From assembly GCA_963666055.2 (NCBI GenBank), contig CAXWPH010000007.1, positions 32,001 to 96,000 of the forward strand: DNA of 64,000 bases. Direction: 5' to 3'. A program made the translations under genes and the position numbers. Shown here piece after piece: positions 9,060 through 18,835 of the stretch (position 1 is the first letter of the stretch; the number at the start of each line of letters is the position of its first letter). This stretch comes from Acidobacteriota bacterium (GTDB lineage: Bacteria > Acidobacteriota > UBA890 > WLXD01). The notes under the pieces were generated by a model. It worked only from the letters and a program-made list of their open reading frames with translations, was not told where the DNA came from and did not search any database.

Positions 9060-9180
9060 CCTTCCGTAACTCCTCCGTAACTATGGCCGGTAGACTCGCC
9101 TGGACTCGAATGGCCACCGACAGCTTAATTCATTGTATCAAAAGGGATTCCAGAGTCCAATAGAGTCCAGTGAAGTCCAG
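9060..9180. repeat. Short direct repeats next to att (putative integrase arm-type/Xis sites)
   Basis: TCCGTAACT twice (9063-9082); AGTCCA three times at 10-bp spacing (9154-9179); inverted TGGACT at 9101. Confidence 0.55.
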
Positions 9181-9189
9181 CTTGCCCCA

Positions 9190-9400
<211 letters not shown>

Positions 9401-9689
9401 ATCACTGGCTCGGCCCGCGAAACGATGAACGCCGGCTCGATCTGAGGATCTTGGAGTCTCCGCAGTTCCCGCTCGACCTCACTCCTACGACGGACGCCAA
9501 TGCCGCGGCGCACGAGAGCCTCAGACAGGCTCTTGAAGGTCAGTCCAGGCTCCTGATCGAGGGGGTCGAGAGGGCACGATCAAGAAGCTACGGCTGATCA
9601 GATTGCCGAGAACATGGTTCGCCTCATCGAAGCATCGAGGGAGCGAATCGGCAAAGCGCTACTTGCTCTATAGATGGTAGATGGTCAAT

Positions 9690-9801
9690 CGGCTCGCGCC
9701 GACGGACCCGTAGCGGGGTCAGCCGAGCCCTCGCGAACCCAGCCGCGTGAACGCTACTCCCAAGCTTGGGTAGCACTCGTTACCCGTCTACGAGCGCAAA
9801 C
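9690..9801 (+). repeat. Diverged ~110-bp direct repeat, copy 1
   Basis: CGGCTCGcGCCGACGGACCCGTAGCGGgGTCAGCCGA...CTTGGGTAGCACTCGtTACC...GCAAAC matches 10955-10976 plus 13545-13650. Confidence 0.8.
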
Positions 9802-9877
9802 CATCAAGGCGCTGGATATCGGCACACGTTGAACCGGGGCCCGCATGGGCAGCCTCGGATCTCCGTGTAGCTTCTAT

Positions 9878-10705
9878 CTACTGAACGGTCCCGCAGATGG
9901 CATGGGCTCTGATGTCGATGGAGGTACCGGCTACATTGAGCAGCGTGCACTCCCAGGTGTCGTCGTCCAGTGGGCGGGCCCTTCTCCAAACCGCTACGCC
10001 CGTCGCGTTGTCCGAGGTGCACCCGCCGCCAAGCAGCTTCTTCCCCACAGTACAGTCCTGAGTTGCTGTGCCTATAGTGCCGTCGGCGACGGTTATTACC
10101 CCCGATTCGAGTCTCTCCCAATTGGATACGCCCGGATCACCCTTCGCGCCGTTCGCTCCGGCCGGACCTTGAGCCCCCGTCGGTCCGGCAGGCCCCGTCG
10201 CTCCTGTAGGTCCAGTCGCTCCAGTCACTCCAGTCACTCCAGTAGGTCTATCGGCTCCGTCTGCCCAATCCGCCCCGTCTGCGCCCCGGGATCCCCTCGG
10301 GCCAGGCGGGCCAGCATCTCCCAGGACCGCGCCTCCGCTGCCGATGAACACGTACCCTAAGAGGCGATTACCACGGCTGTCGACACCGCACTCGACCGAC
10401 AGCCGGTGGCCTGCCGGAACCAAGTTGTCGGGTAGGTCCGCGACGATCAGCTCGGGGTCGCGCAACTGGACTGAGTCGATGTCCAGTTTGATGATGGAGA
10501 GCTTCGCAACTGGATTGCGGCAGAAATTCTCGCCGTAGATGAACATCTGCGTCTCATCGTCGCTGATGTCCACTCTGCGGATGACCGGCGAACCCGCAGA
10601 GCCCGATGCAGCTTCCGCCAACACGGGTAGCTCGAACTGCGCCAGCAGCAGGAGCGAGACTGCCATAGTGAGCAGTGCCAGAAATGTGGTGATGTACCGC
10701 TTCAT
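9878..10705 (-). CDS. Secreted collagen-like protein (signal peptide, Ig/IPT-like domain, Gly-X-Y tract, Cys-containing C-domain)
   Basis: [12 protein letters not shown].. signal after GGAGG; IYGENF; about 21 G-X-Y triplets [10 protein letters not shown]...GAKGDPG; C-terminus [15 protein letters not shown]. Confidence 0.85.
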   Translation of the reverse strand: MKRYITTFLALLTMAVSLLLLAQFELPVLAEAASGSAGSPVIRRVDISDDETQMFIYGENFCRNPVAKLSIIKLDIDSVQLRDPELIVADLPDNLVPAGHRLSVECGVDSRGNRLLGYVFIGSGGAVLGDAGPPGPRGSRGADGADWADGADRPTGVTGVTGATGPTGATGPAGPTGAQGPAGANGAKGDPGVSNWERLESGVITVADGTIGTATQDCTVGKKLLGGGCTSDNATGVAVWRRARPLDDDTWECTLLNVAGTSIDIRAHAICGTVQ

Positions 10706-11118
10706 GGCCGGACCTCCCCAGGTTGATAGCGGCACATGCTGAGGCTCCAGCGGACGCACGCACAACTCCATGAGAGCGACACGCGATTGCCGGTTTGAGT
10801 GCCGCGAGCGTCAGTATACGACCCACGAGCACAACCTATCCGTGTCTACGGAGCACTAGAGAGAAAGCCGTAAAGAACTGTCAAGCGGCGCGGGCGATAA
10901 CGGCCAAAGCGACAGCGACCACGTGACGCTGGTCACGGGTTCGACGAGCTGAAGCGGCTCGTGCCGACGGACCCGTTGGTAGCGGCAGACTGAAAAGGGA
11001 CCCTGCGGCGGGTTGAAAAGGGACCCCCTGGTGACCGATGGACTGGGCCCCGCTGGTGGGGTACCGAGACGGAAGCAGAAGCCGTATCGGATACGCCGAT
11101 CCAGGAGGACCCGAGGAG

Positions 11119-12580
11119 GTGATCAGAGTGTCTCAGTGGGCCGAGATCCGCCACATGCACGTCGTAGATGGAATCGCCAAGAAGGAGATAGCGCGACGGC
11201 TGGAGGTAAACATCAAGACGGTGCGTCGGGCGCTGGACAAAGACGAGCCGCCGCTTGAGCGTGCCACGCCCCGGCGAGGTCGGCGGCTAGATGCGTGGCG
11301 GGAGCAGATCGAGGGCTGGTTGAAGGCCGATCCACGGATCAGTGCGAAGCGGATCGGGCGTTTGCTGATGCCGATGGCGGGAGCGGTTCCGGGACGGACG
11401 GTGAGGGAGTACGTGGCGGAGTCGCGTGGCGAGCTGTATCCGAAGGAAGCGTACGTGCATCGGAGCCAGGCGCCGGGGCAGACGATGGAGGTGGACTTCG
11501 GTGAGACGTGGGCGCTGATGGAGCGACGGCCCCGGAAGCTGAAGTTCTTCGTGGCGACACTGCCGTATAGCAACGTGTACTTCGCCAAGGCGTACGCGCT
11601 CGAGAGGCTGGAGTGCCTGCTGGACGGGATACAGAAGGCGTTCGAGTACTTCGGCGGGGTGACGGGGCGGGTGGTGTTGGACAACACGTCGCTGGCGGTG
11701 AAGCGGGTGCTCCGGGGTCGAGATCGGGAACAGACGGATGCCTTCAACGGCTTCCGTGGGTCGTATCCGTTCGCGGCGGAGTTCTGCGCGCCGGGCAAGG
11801 GTGGAGGGCGGCGTGAAGTACGTGCGCAACAACGTGTTCCGCCCGATGCCAAGTATCGACAGCTTCGAGCAGCTCAACGAGCTGATGGTGCAGGAGCTCG
11901 AGGCGGATCTGGACAACCGCCGGTTAGCGGATGGCCGCACGGTCAGAGAAGCGTGGCAAGCGGAGCGCCAGCATCTGCGTGCGCTACCGCCGCATCCGCC
12001 GGCAAGCTGCCGGACACTGGCCCGGGTGGTGGACAAGTTCGGGCACGTACGGGTGGACGGGGCGCACTACTCGGTGCCGATCCGACACGCCTACCGGCCA
12101 GCGTGGGTGAAGCTGTACCACGACCGCGTGGAGGTGGCGGTGGCCGATGAAGTGGTGGCCAAGCACGCCCGCTCGTTCCGACAGGGAGCCAAGGTGCTGG
12201 AGCCGCTACACGTGCTGCCGTTGCTTCAGCGCAAGCACCGGGCGGTGGGTGAGGCGACGGCGCTGCGGGGCTGGGAGCTGCCCGAGGCGTTCCGTGAGCT
12301 CAGAAGGAAACTGCATCAGTGCACCCGCAAGCCGGACCGGGAATGGGTGAAGGTGCTGCGGCTGTTGGAGGAGCACGAGCAGCCCGAGGTGGAAGCCGCG
12401 GTCCAGGATGCGTTACGTAGCGGATCGCCCCGCTACGAGACCGTGCGCTTGTTGCTACGTCGAGCCGAGCAGGCGGGTATGCCCGAGGTACGCCCCGTGC
12501 CGGTACGCGCTGAGTTGGCGGCGATGGAGGTAGCGGAGCCGGTGCTCGAAGCGTACGACGTGCTCTGGAGGACAAGCTGA
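11119..12580 (+). pseudogene. istA: IstA transposase, frameshifted by a short deletion near 11800
   Basis: HTH, EVDFG, VLDN, then FCAPGK shifts frame to VEGGVKYVRNN; the usual xEKGx segment is missing. Confidence 0.85.
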
Positions 12581-13365
12581 TGGCGGTGGCCAAGATCCAA
12601 GAACCGCCGCATCTGGTGGAGGATCTGCGGACCCTGTACCTGACGAGCATGGTCTCGCAGTGGCGAACGGTGACCGAGCAGGCGCGCCGCCAGCGGCAGC
12701 CTTATGCGGAGTACCTGGCCGATCTGGCGAGGCTCGAGGTGACCGGCCGGCGGGAGCGACGCATCCAGCGCCGCATCAAGGAGGCACGCTTCCCGATGCT
12801 CAAGACGCTGGATGCCTTCCGGTTCGAGGCGCAGCCAACGCTGGACCGTGACGAGGTGCTGGAGTTGTTCCGCTGCGAGTGGGTCGGAGAGGCGGCCAAC
12901 GTGGTGTTCGTCGGCTCCGTCGGTACCGGCAAGACGCACCTGGCGATCGCCCTCGGGATGGCCTGCTGCCAGCAGGACTACCGGGTGAAGTTCACCACCG
13001 CTGCCGAGCTCACCAACTTGCTCGTGGAGGCCAAGCAGGACGGGCGGCTCTCCAGAAAGCTCGAGCAGATGGCGCGTTACGACGTGGTCATCCTCGATGA
13101 GCTCGGCTACGTGCCGTTCGACAAGCAAGGAGCCGATCTGCTGTTCGGCTTCATCACCCGGGTGTACGAGCGCCGCTCGGTGGTGGTCACTACGAACCTG
13201 CCGTTCGCCAAGTGGTCCGAAGTGTTCTTGGATGCCACGGCGGCCGCTGCAGTGATCGACCGGATCGTGCACCACGCTACCGTGCTCAAGACCGAAGGCA
13301 ACAGCTACCGACTCAAGGCCGCCAAGGACAAGCGCCGCGGCCAACGCCGAAAGGGAGGACGATAA
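12580..13365 (+). CDS. istB: IstB AAA+ ATPase helper
   Basis: GSVGTGKTHLA, ILDELGY, RYERRS..TTNLPF..W, DRIVHH, GNSYRL. Confidence 0.97.
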   Translation: MAVAKIQEPPHLVEDLRTLYLTSMVSQWRTVTEQARRQRQPYAEYLADLARLEVTGRRERRIQRRIKEARFPMLKTLDAFRFEAQPTLDRDEVLELFRCEWVGEAANVVFVGSVGTGKTHLAIALGMACCQQDYRVKFTTAAELTNLLVEAKQDGRLSRKLEQMARYDVVILDELGYVPFDKQGADLLFGFITRVYERRSVVVTTNLPFAKWSEVFLDATAAAAVIDRIVHHATVLKTEGNSYRLKAAKDKRRGQRRKGGR

Positions 13366-13539
13366 CGCTGCAGGACCCCGCGGCCGTGGAAACTGCCGTG
13401 TCCGTGGAAACCGCAACGCGGTTCCCACCGCCACTTGGAGGACGCTCCGCGTACTCCACAGTTCGCACCGCTTCTACGACTACATAGGGGGTCCCTTTTT
13501 AACCCGCCGCAAAGGTCCCTTTACGACTTGCCATTACCA

Positions 13540-13650
13540 CCCGTAGCGGCGTCAGCCGACCCGTCCGAATCAGGCGCCAACCGGGATCGCTGCGTCCCGA
13601 TCTTGGGTAGCACTTTGGGTAGCACTCGGTACCGACTATGGGTGCAAACG
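13540..13650 (+). repeat. Diverged direct repeat, copy 2 (split by IS21; its left part is 10955-10976)
   Basis: CCCGTAGCGGcGTCAGCCGA...TTGGGTAGCAC twice...GCAAAC. Confidence 0.8.
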
Positions 13651-13766
13651 AGTACAAACGTGTCACCTAGTGCGAGAGCCAACAAACCCTACGATACAAG
13701 GGCGAAACGGCTATTCCGTGTCGTCATCGGGGGTTACGGCAAGGGGTCGGAACCGGGCGCATGCTC

Positions 13767-13805
13767 TTTTAAGTCCGCCGCGTCTGCCAATTCCGCCACC
13801 CCGGC
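13767..13805 (-). other. 5' half of tRNA-Leu(TAA), truncated at the anticodon loop (att remnant)
   Basis: GCCGGGGTGGCGGAATTGGCAGACGCGGCGGACTTAAAA followed by GAGCAT instead of the expected TCCGC. Confidence 0.85.
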
Positions 13806-13848
13806 AAGTCATTTAATAGCAATCACTTACAGTGATTTCGGAGACCAT

Positions 13849-14166
13849 TTAGAGCCTCCGGAAACCCCTTGGTCTCCACATAGGTGTCCATCTGAGAGAC
13901 GAATTCTGCGCTTCAAACACCGAATACGGCCTCTTGACGCCACCCCCGAGTCGCCGCCCTGCGTACCCCGCCGTGACGTTCTCACTCCGCGCTCCTTCGG
14001 ACACACGGTCCGGCTTTCTAACCGCGTCGAGCCGATGCCCCGGGCTCAGATGAGCGTACCGCAGTACCATTGCCAGTGATGAGTGTCCGAGCAACTCTTT
14101 CACGGTCACGAGGTCAGCGCCTGCCATTACCAAGCGGCTACAGAACGTGTGGCGCAGGGTGTGAAA
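13849..14166 (-). pseudogene. C-terminal fragment of a second tyrosine integrase
   Basis: [44 protein letters not shown]; N-terminal part absent. Confidence 0.9.
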
Positions 14167-14219
14167 GACCGCTCGCTGACGAGGTTGTACAGGGTGCCCA
14201 TCGCGTAGCCGGTGTACTG

Positions 14220-14341
14220 GGCCGCCTGCACCCGAAGCGATGTTGTTGGAGCCGGCTACGCTCCCTTCGCCGGCTCCAACAACCTCTTGCCAGCACCGAT
14301 TCTATGAGTTACGAAGTGGCCCAAACACCTGGGGCAGGTCA
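14220..14341 (+). mobile_element. Isolated diverged 3' end (IRR) of the same IS3 family
   Basis: Reverse-complement match to 653-775 (CACCCGAAGCGATGTTGTTG..CTCTTGCCAGCACCGATTCTATGAGTTA..GGGGCAGGTCA). Confidence 0.9.
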
Positions 14342-14417
14342 CTGGCAGTTGAACCGGCGCGCTGCCAGCAGGTAGGTTTGCGGTGATGTGTGAGGTGCCC
14401 TTGGGCGCAGGAGATCT

Positions 14418-16687
14418 TTGGTGAAAGAGCGTGAGCACGCAATTCGGTTCTTCGGCTTCGTCCTGGCGTTGACCGTCACCGGGCTACCGGTTGCGAGTGC
14501 CGGCGCGGTGGCCGGCGCGAGCTGGAGTGCGGCGTCTTTCGTAATGCTGGCTCAGGAGGCGCTGCCGGCGCAGATGCCGACGTTTCGGTCCGCGGTTACG
14601 CGCGTGCGTGTCGACGCCATCGTTGCCGACAAGGACGGCAACTTCATCGACGACTTGAAGGCGGACGACTTCCGGGTCTTCGAGGATGGGGTCGAGCAGG
14701 AGATCTTGAACGTCCAGTTCGTCAGCCTGACAAGAGGACAGGTCACCAACGTGGCCTCTCACGACGAAACGGTCACGGCGCGCGAGGAATCGCTCGCTGT
14801 GCCGGCGGAGCCCACACCCATCCGGCGAAGCCCTGCAAGTCTCGGGGCTGTTGTCTATCTCGTCGACCTGCCGAGCCTGGATCGAAGGAACAAGCAACGG
14901 CTAACCAGGACTCTCGAGAGTTTGTTCGAAGGGGAGGGTGACCTGCAGGTGCCGCGCAGCATGTTCATGATCGATAGCACGGGCACTGTTCGGGAGATGG
15001 CCCCGTTGACGACCGATCGTGAAGTGCTTCGCGATGCGGCGGCGTCGGTGACGGCGGAAGGGCTGACGAGCACGTCTATTTTCGCCCGCATGGAGCAGGA
15101 GTATCAGCCGATCATGCAGGTGGCGATCGACGCGGCGAATTCGCCGTCAGCGGGGGGAACCCCGACGATTTGAACCCGATCATGGTGCGCCAGATTCTCG
15201 AGAACCTCGATCGAAAGGCCGAGGTAGATGGCGAGCTCCAGCGTCTGCGCGGCGAGCAGACGCTTCGGACACTTCTTTACTTCACCAACGCCTTGTCGGC
15301 AATGGAGGGCCGTACTGCCCTCGTGTGGATCTCCTCCGGTGCGATGATCACCAAGGGGGGACCCTACTCGGCTTTCTCAGCAGCGGTGCGTGAGGCGGTC
15401 GACGCTCCGATGGGAACTTCGACTCTGGACGGGTTGGAACTCAGCCAGCCCATCCTCGACTTGATGGAGGAGGTGTTCGAAACCGCGAACACGGGCAACG
15501 TGAGCATTTACACGGTCGATCCGCGCCCGACCTCGGAGCTCAACAGCCTCGGCAAGAGTGCCACCGTCGGCAGCGGCGTGCTTTCCAGAGCCATGCGACG
15601 CTATGTGCGGCAAGCCTATCGCGATCTCACCATACCGCTCGTGGACCTGGCGGCCAAAACTGGCGGCCGGGCGTTCATCGGCTGGAGCGATCTCGACCGA
15701 GCGTTCGAAGAGCAGTACAACGACTCGACGCGATTCTACTTGATCTTCTATGAGCCACCGGCGCCACACGAGGATGGCGAGTACCACGAGATCGAGGTGC
15801 AGGTGAGCTACCCGGAGGCGGAGGTGCGAGCCCGCGCAGGCTATCGAGAGCTGCCGGATTCGGAGCTCAGGGCTCGCAAGTTCGCCGCAGCCTTGGCGCT
15901 ACCGGGCTCAGTTATGGGACGCCCGGTGCCCGCCGCCGCGTTCCACCGCTTTGAGCCCGACGGCGCGCCCAAGATCCTACTGGTTGCCGGGTTACCGCGG
16001 CCCGCAGAGACGATCACCGGTAGCTGGGCGCCCGCGTTCGGGGGAGTCGATCCCGCCGAGGATATCCCCGAGGAGCTGATCGACGTGCTCGGCATCCCGT
16101 ACTTCCTCGTGCATGCCATCGTGTTGGATCGTGCGGGCGAGATCAGCGGCGAGACTCACTCGTTGGTTCGGCCACGCGCCGATCTGGCCGAGTACGCACC
16201 CGGTGCTGCGTTCCGACACTTCCGGTACACGACGGAGTGGTCAGTCGAGCCGGGAACCTACGATATCCGGCTGCTGATCGCTGAAGGCGGCGGCGACCGA
16301 TTCGGCACGTCGAGGCTACAGGTGCAGGTTCCGTCAAGCGACGGGTGGACGATGGCGGATCCGATGCTCGGCATTCTGGACGCCGATGCCTCGTTCAGAC
16401 CCGTGGTAGACCAGGACATATCCGAGGGCATCCCGATCGCCGCGAGCGTTCAGGTCAGCGACGCGACGGACCCCTACGTTTCTGCTTCGATCTTCCATCG
16501 CGCCACGCGACGTACCATCGTCGAAGTGCCGGCCCATCCATTGCGGCCCGAGGGTCCGGGCGTATACGGCGGGGTTCTGCCGCTGCCGTATCTCGCCCCC
16601 GGCGAGTACGTGGTCGAGCTGCAAGTAGCGGATACGACCGCCGAGGCGGTCCGGCTGATGCCGCTGCGCGTGGTGGAAGGCCACTAG
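14418..16687 (+). CDS. Acidobacterial-type VWA-related secreted protein, split by a frameshift near 15155
   Basis: PTFRSAVTRVRVDAIVADKDGNFIDDLKADDFRVFEDGVEQEI; LSAMEGRTALVWISSG; NVSIYTVDPR; LAAKTGG; DGEYHEIEV..VRARAGY; break at a G6 run. Confidence 0.85.
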
Positions 16688-17050
16688 CCGGGCGAACTGC
16701 CCGCCGGAGATGAACCGGGGCGGACTCGTCGGTGGCTCACGGCGCAGCGGAATTCCGCGTCGCGCAGGACTCGGGTGACTGGTACGACCTCGTGATGCAG
16801 AACGACGAGGTCATGGTGCACGGCGACTGGGGGTACGCGCTCGGCACATACTCCGGCAACGACAAGTACCTCAGTTTGGTTCGCCGAGAGGCGGATGGCG
16901 GATGGCGAATGGCGAATGGCGCATCGCACGGGAGATCTAGAACCGCGCACCCGACGAGGAATAGGCGGCGAGAACAGGACGAGACCGGGCAATACGAGGT
17001 GTATGTGCGGGAGGTATCGAGCGGACGGACCGGTAGCGTCGTTAGCCAGC

Positions 17051-17329
17051 CTAGCAGGCCGTGGTGAAAGTGTGGTGGGTCTGGTTACGGCGAGTTGGGG
17101 CCAGATGCAAGGCAGCCTGACACAGGCGATGCCCTAGCCATCGTCGAGGAAGGCCAACGCTGCAAATGGCCCCGAATCGCCGTAACCCTTCTGGCGACAG
17201 GGGGTTGCGCGCGTATGCTGCGTCGTTCCTCGTCAACGATGGGGTATCCATCGCCTCCTCCTCTCTCCTTGCCTCCACTTCGCAAGTCCCTGTCGCCAGA
17301 CCCACCACACTTTCACCACCGCCTGCTAG
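17051..17329. mobile_element. MITE family A, copy 1 (279 bp, CTAG-flanked)
   Basis: TIR CTAGCAGGCCGTGGTGAAAGTGTGGTGGGTCTGG; near-identical to 20489-20767. Confidence 0.9.
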
Positions 17330-17333
17330 TGGT

Positions 17334-18614
17334 TCAAGATGGACCCTGACGAACGATCACGCCGTCTTTCATAACAAAGAACACGCGCTTCAGTTCCTGG
17401 ATGTCATCAAGGGGATTACGCGGTGTCGCAATGAGGTCTGCCGCCATTCCCGGAGCAATCGTTCCGCGCACCCCGGCCACGCCCAATAGTTCCGCGGCCG
17501 CTGTCGTCATGGAACGGAGTAGGTGAACGGGCGTCATCCCTGCCTCCGTAAACATGTCGATGCGGCTCATGGCCAGAGTCCCACGCGTATGCCCGGGTAG
17601 CTCAGTGACGGCATCGGAGCCGAAGACCATCGGAATCCCGATCCTCAGGGCACTGCTGATGCGGTCTATCTGCTGAGCATGCACTCTAGCCATTTCCTCA
17701 GCCGTGGGCCTCCGGTAGTCCTGCTGGCAGCAGGCCATCCACTCCTCGTCCGGGAACGGGGTGAACACAGCAGTGACACCATTTGTTTTTGCCAATTCGA
17801 GGTCAGCATCCTCGATCGCCCACAGATGCTCCATCGAGGTAACCCCGGCTTCAGCCGCATTGTGAGCGCCCTTGGCTGTCCAGGCATGCGCGGCCAACCG
17901 CCGACCGGCGCGAGCCGCCTCCTCTTTCATAAACCTAATGTCATCAGGCGAGTAAATGTAGTCCTGATCATCGACCACGATCTTGATCACCATCGCGCCG
18001 TAATGGACGTTTTCGCGGATGGCTTTGACCATTTCGTCCCGCGTATCGGCGAAGAAATACTCGGGCTCACCGAGATTTGGCCTGTCTGGCTGGAGGCTGA
18101 ACTGCCCTCCAAACGGGGCGATGATCCGGCCGGCATTGATCATGGTGGGGCCAACAATACGCCCCGCTTCAATGACACGGCGCAACTCAGTGCACGCGTA
18201 CGCCCCCTCATTGCCGACGTCACGAACGGTGGTGAAGCCTGCATTGAGCATCGACCGGCCGTTGATTACACCATCGAGTGCCCGCGCTGCATCGGAATCC
18301 TGCAGAGTGGTGAAGTAGTAATTGCCCGCGTCGCGTCCGGGACGAACGTTCATGCAAAGGTGCGTATGGGCATCGAATAGTCCCGGGAGGACGGTCGAGG
18401 TCGAGAGGTCCACAAGCTCCGCACCGTCAGGGATTGGAAGACCCGGGCCGACTGCCGTTACGACGCCAGACTCCACGATGATGATTTGGTTTGCCGCAGT
18501 AGTGCCAGACTCGGTATTCACCACCTGCCCTGCTCTGATCGCGATAACCTGGCTGGACGCTGGAGTCGCGTGGAGCCATATCGCGACGAGGCCCAAAGCA
18601 ATTCGACGCACCAT
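17334..18614 (-). CDS. Secreted amidohydrolase (Xaa-Pro dipeptidase-like subgroup)
   Basis: Signal peptide; PGLFDAHTH, GFTTVRDVG, VIKI, AAHA, MEH, FGSDA, GTIAPGMAADL. Confidence 0.9.
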   Translation of the reverse strand: MVRRIALGLVAIWLHATPASSQVIAIRAGQVVNTESGTTAANQIIIVESGVVTAVGPGLPIPDGAELVDLSTSTVLPGLFDAHTHLCMNVRPGRDAGNYYFTTLQDSDAARALDGVINGRSMLNAGFTTVRDVGNEGAYACTELRRVIEAGRIVGPTMINAGRIIAPFGGQFSLQPDRPNLGEPEYFFADTRDEMVKAIRENVHYGAMVIKIVVDDQDYIYSPDDIRFMKEEAARAGRRLAAHAWTAKGAHNAAEAGVTSMEHLWAIEDADLELAKTNGVTAVFTPFPDEEWMACCQQDYRRPTAEEMARVHAQQIDRISSALRIGIPMVFGSDAVTELPGHTRGTLAMSRIDMFTEAGMTPVHLLRSMTTAAAELLGVAGVRGTIAPGMAADLIATPRNPLDDIQELKRVFFVMKDGVIVRQGPS

Positions 18615-18835
18615 TTGGAGTCCTCCAAGAGGTACTGTTTAACTCGAAATCGGCGAGAAACGCGTGATCCGTGAACCCAAGGCCCTTGTCCTGCGGGCGT
18701 TTCACGTCCGGCCAAGACGCCTCCTGCAGCCCACATCGAGTTTAACTTGACAGTACCCATCAAGGTGCTGCCTGCCGAACTTGCCTCTGACCCGGAGCAC
18801 CTCGCTCGCTTCTCCGAAGGGGCACGGCGCCGATC

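Larger units (their letters stand above)
10977..13539 (+). mobile_element. IS21-family insertion sequence with 5-bp target duplication CCCGT
   Basis: Ends TGGTAGCGGCAGACTGAAAAGGGACC and revcomp TGGTAATGGCAAGTCGTAAAGGGACC, with repeated AAAAGGGACC subterminal motifs; CCCGT at 10972-10976 and 13540-13544; istA + istB. Confidence 0.97.

Noticed and set aside
16732-17067. 111-aa ORF with a DUF4440-like fragment
   Set aside because: It looks like a mosaic of remnants ending in the MITE and is not supportable as an intact gene.
17051-17308. Repeated 85-aa ORF (also 20489-20746) and other short ORFs inside the MITEs
   Set aside because: They arise from the repeat itself, have no recognisable motifs and are not kept in family B.
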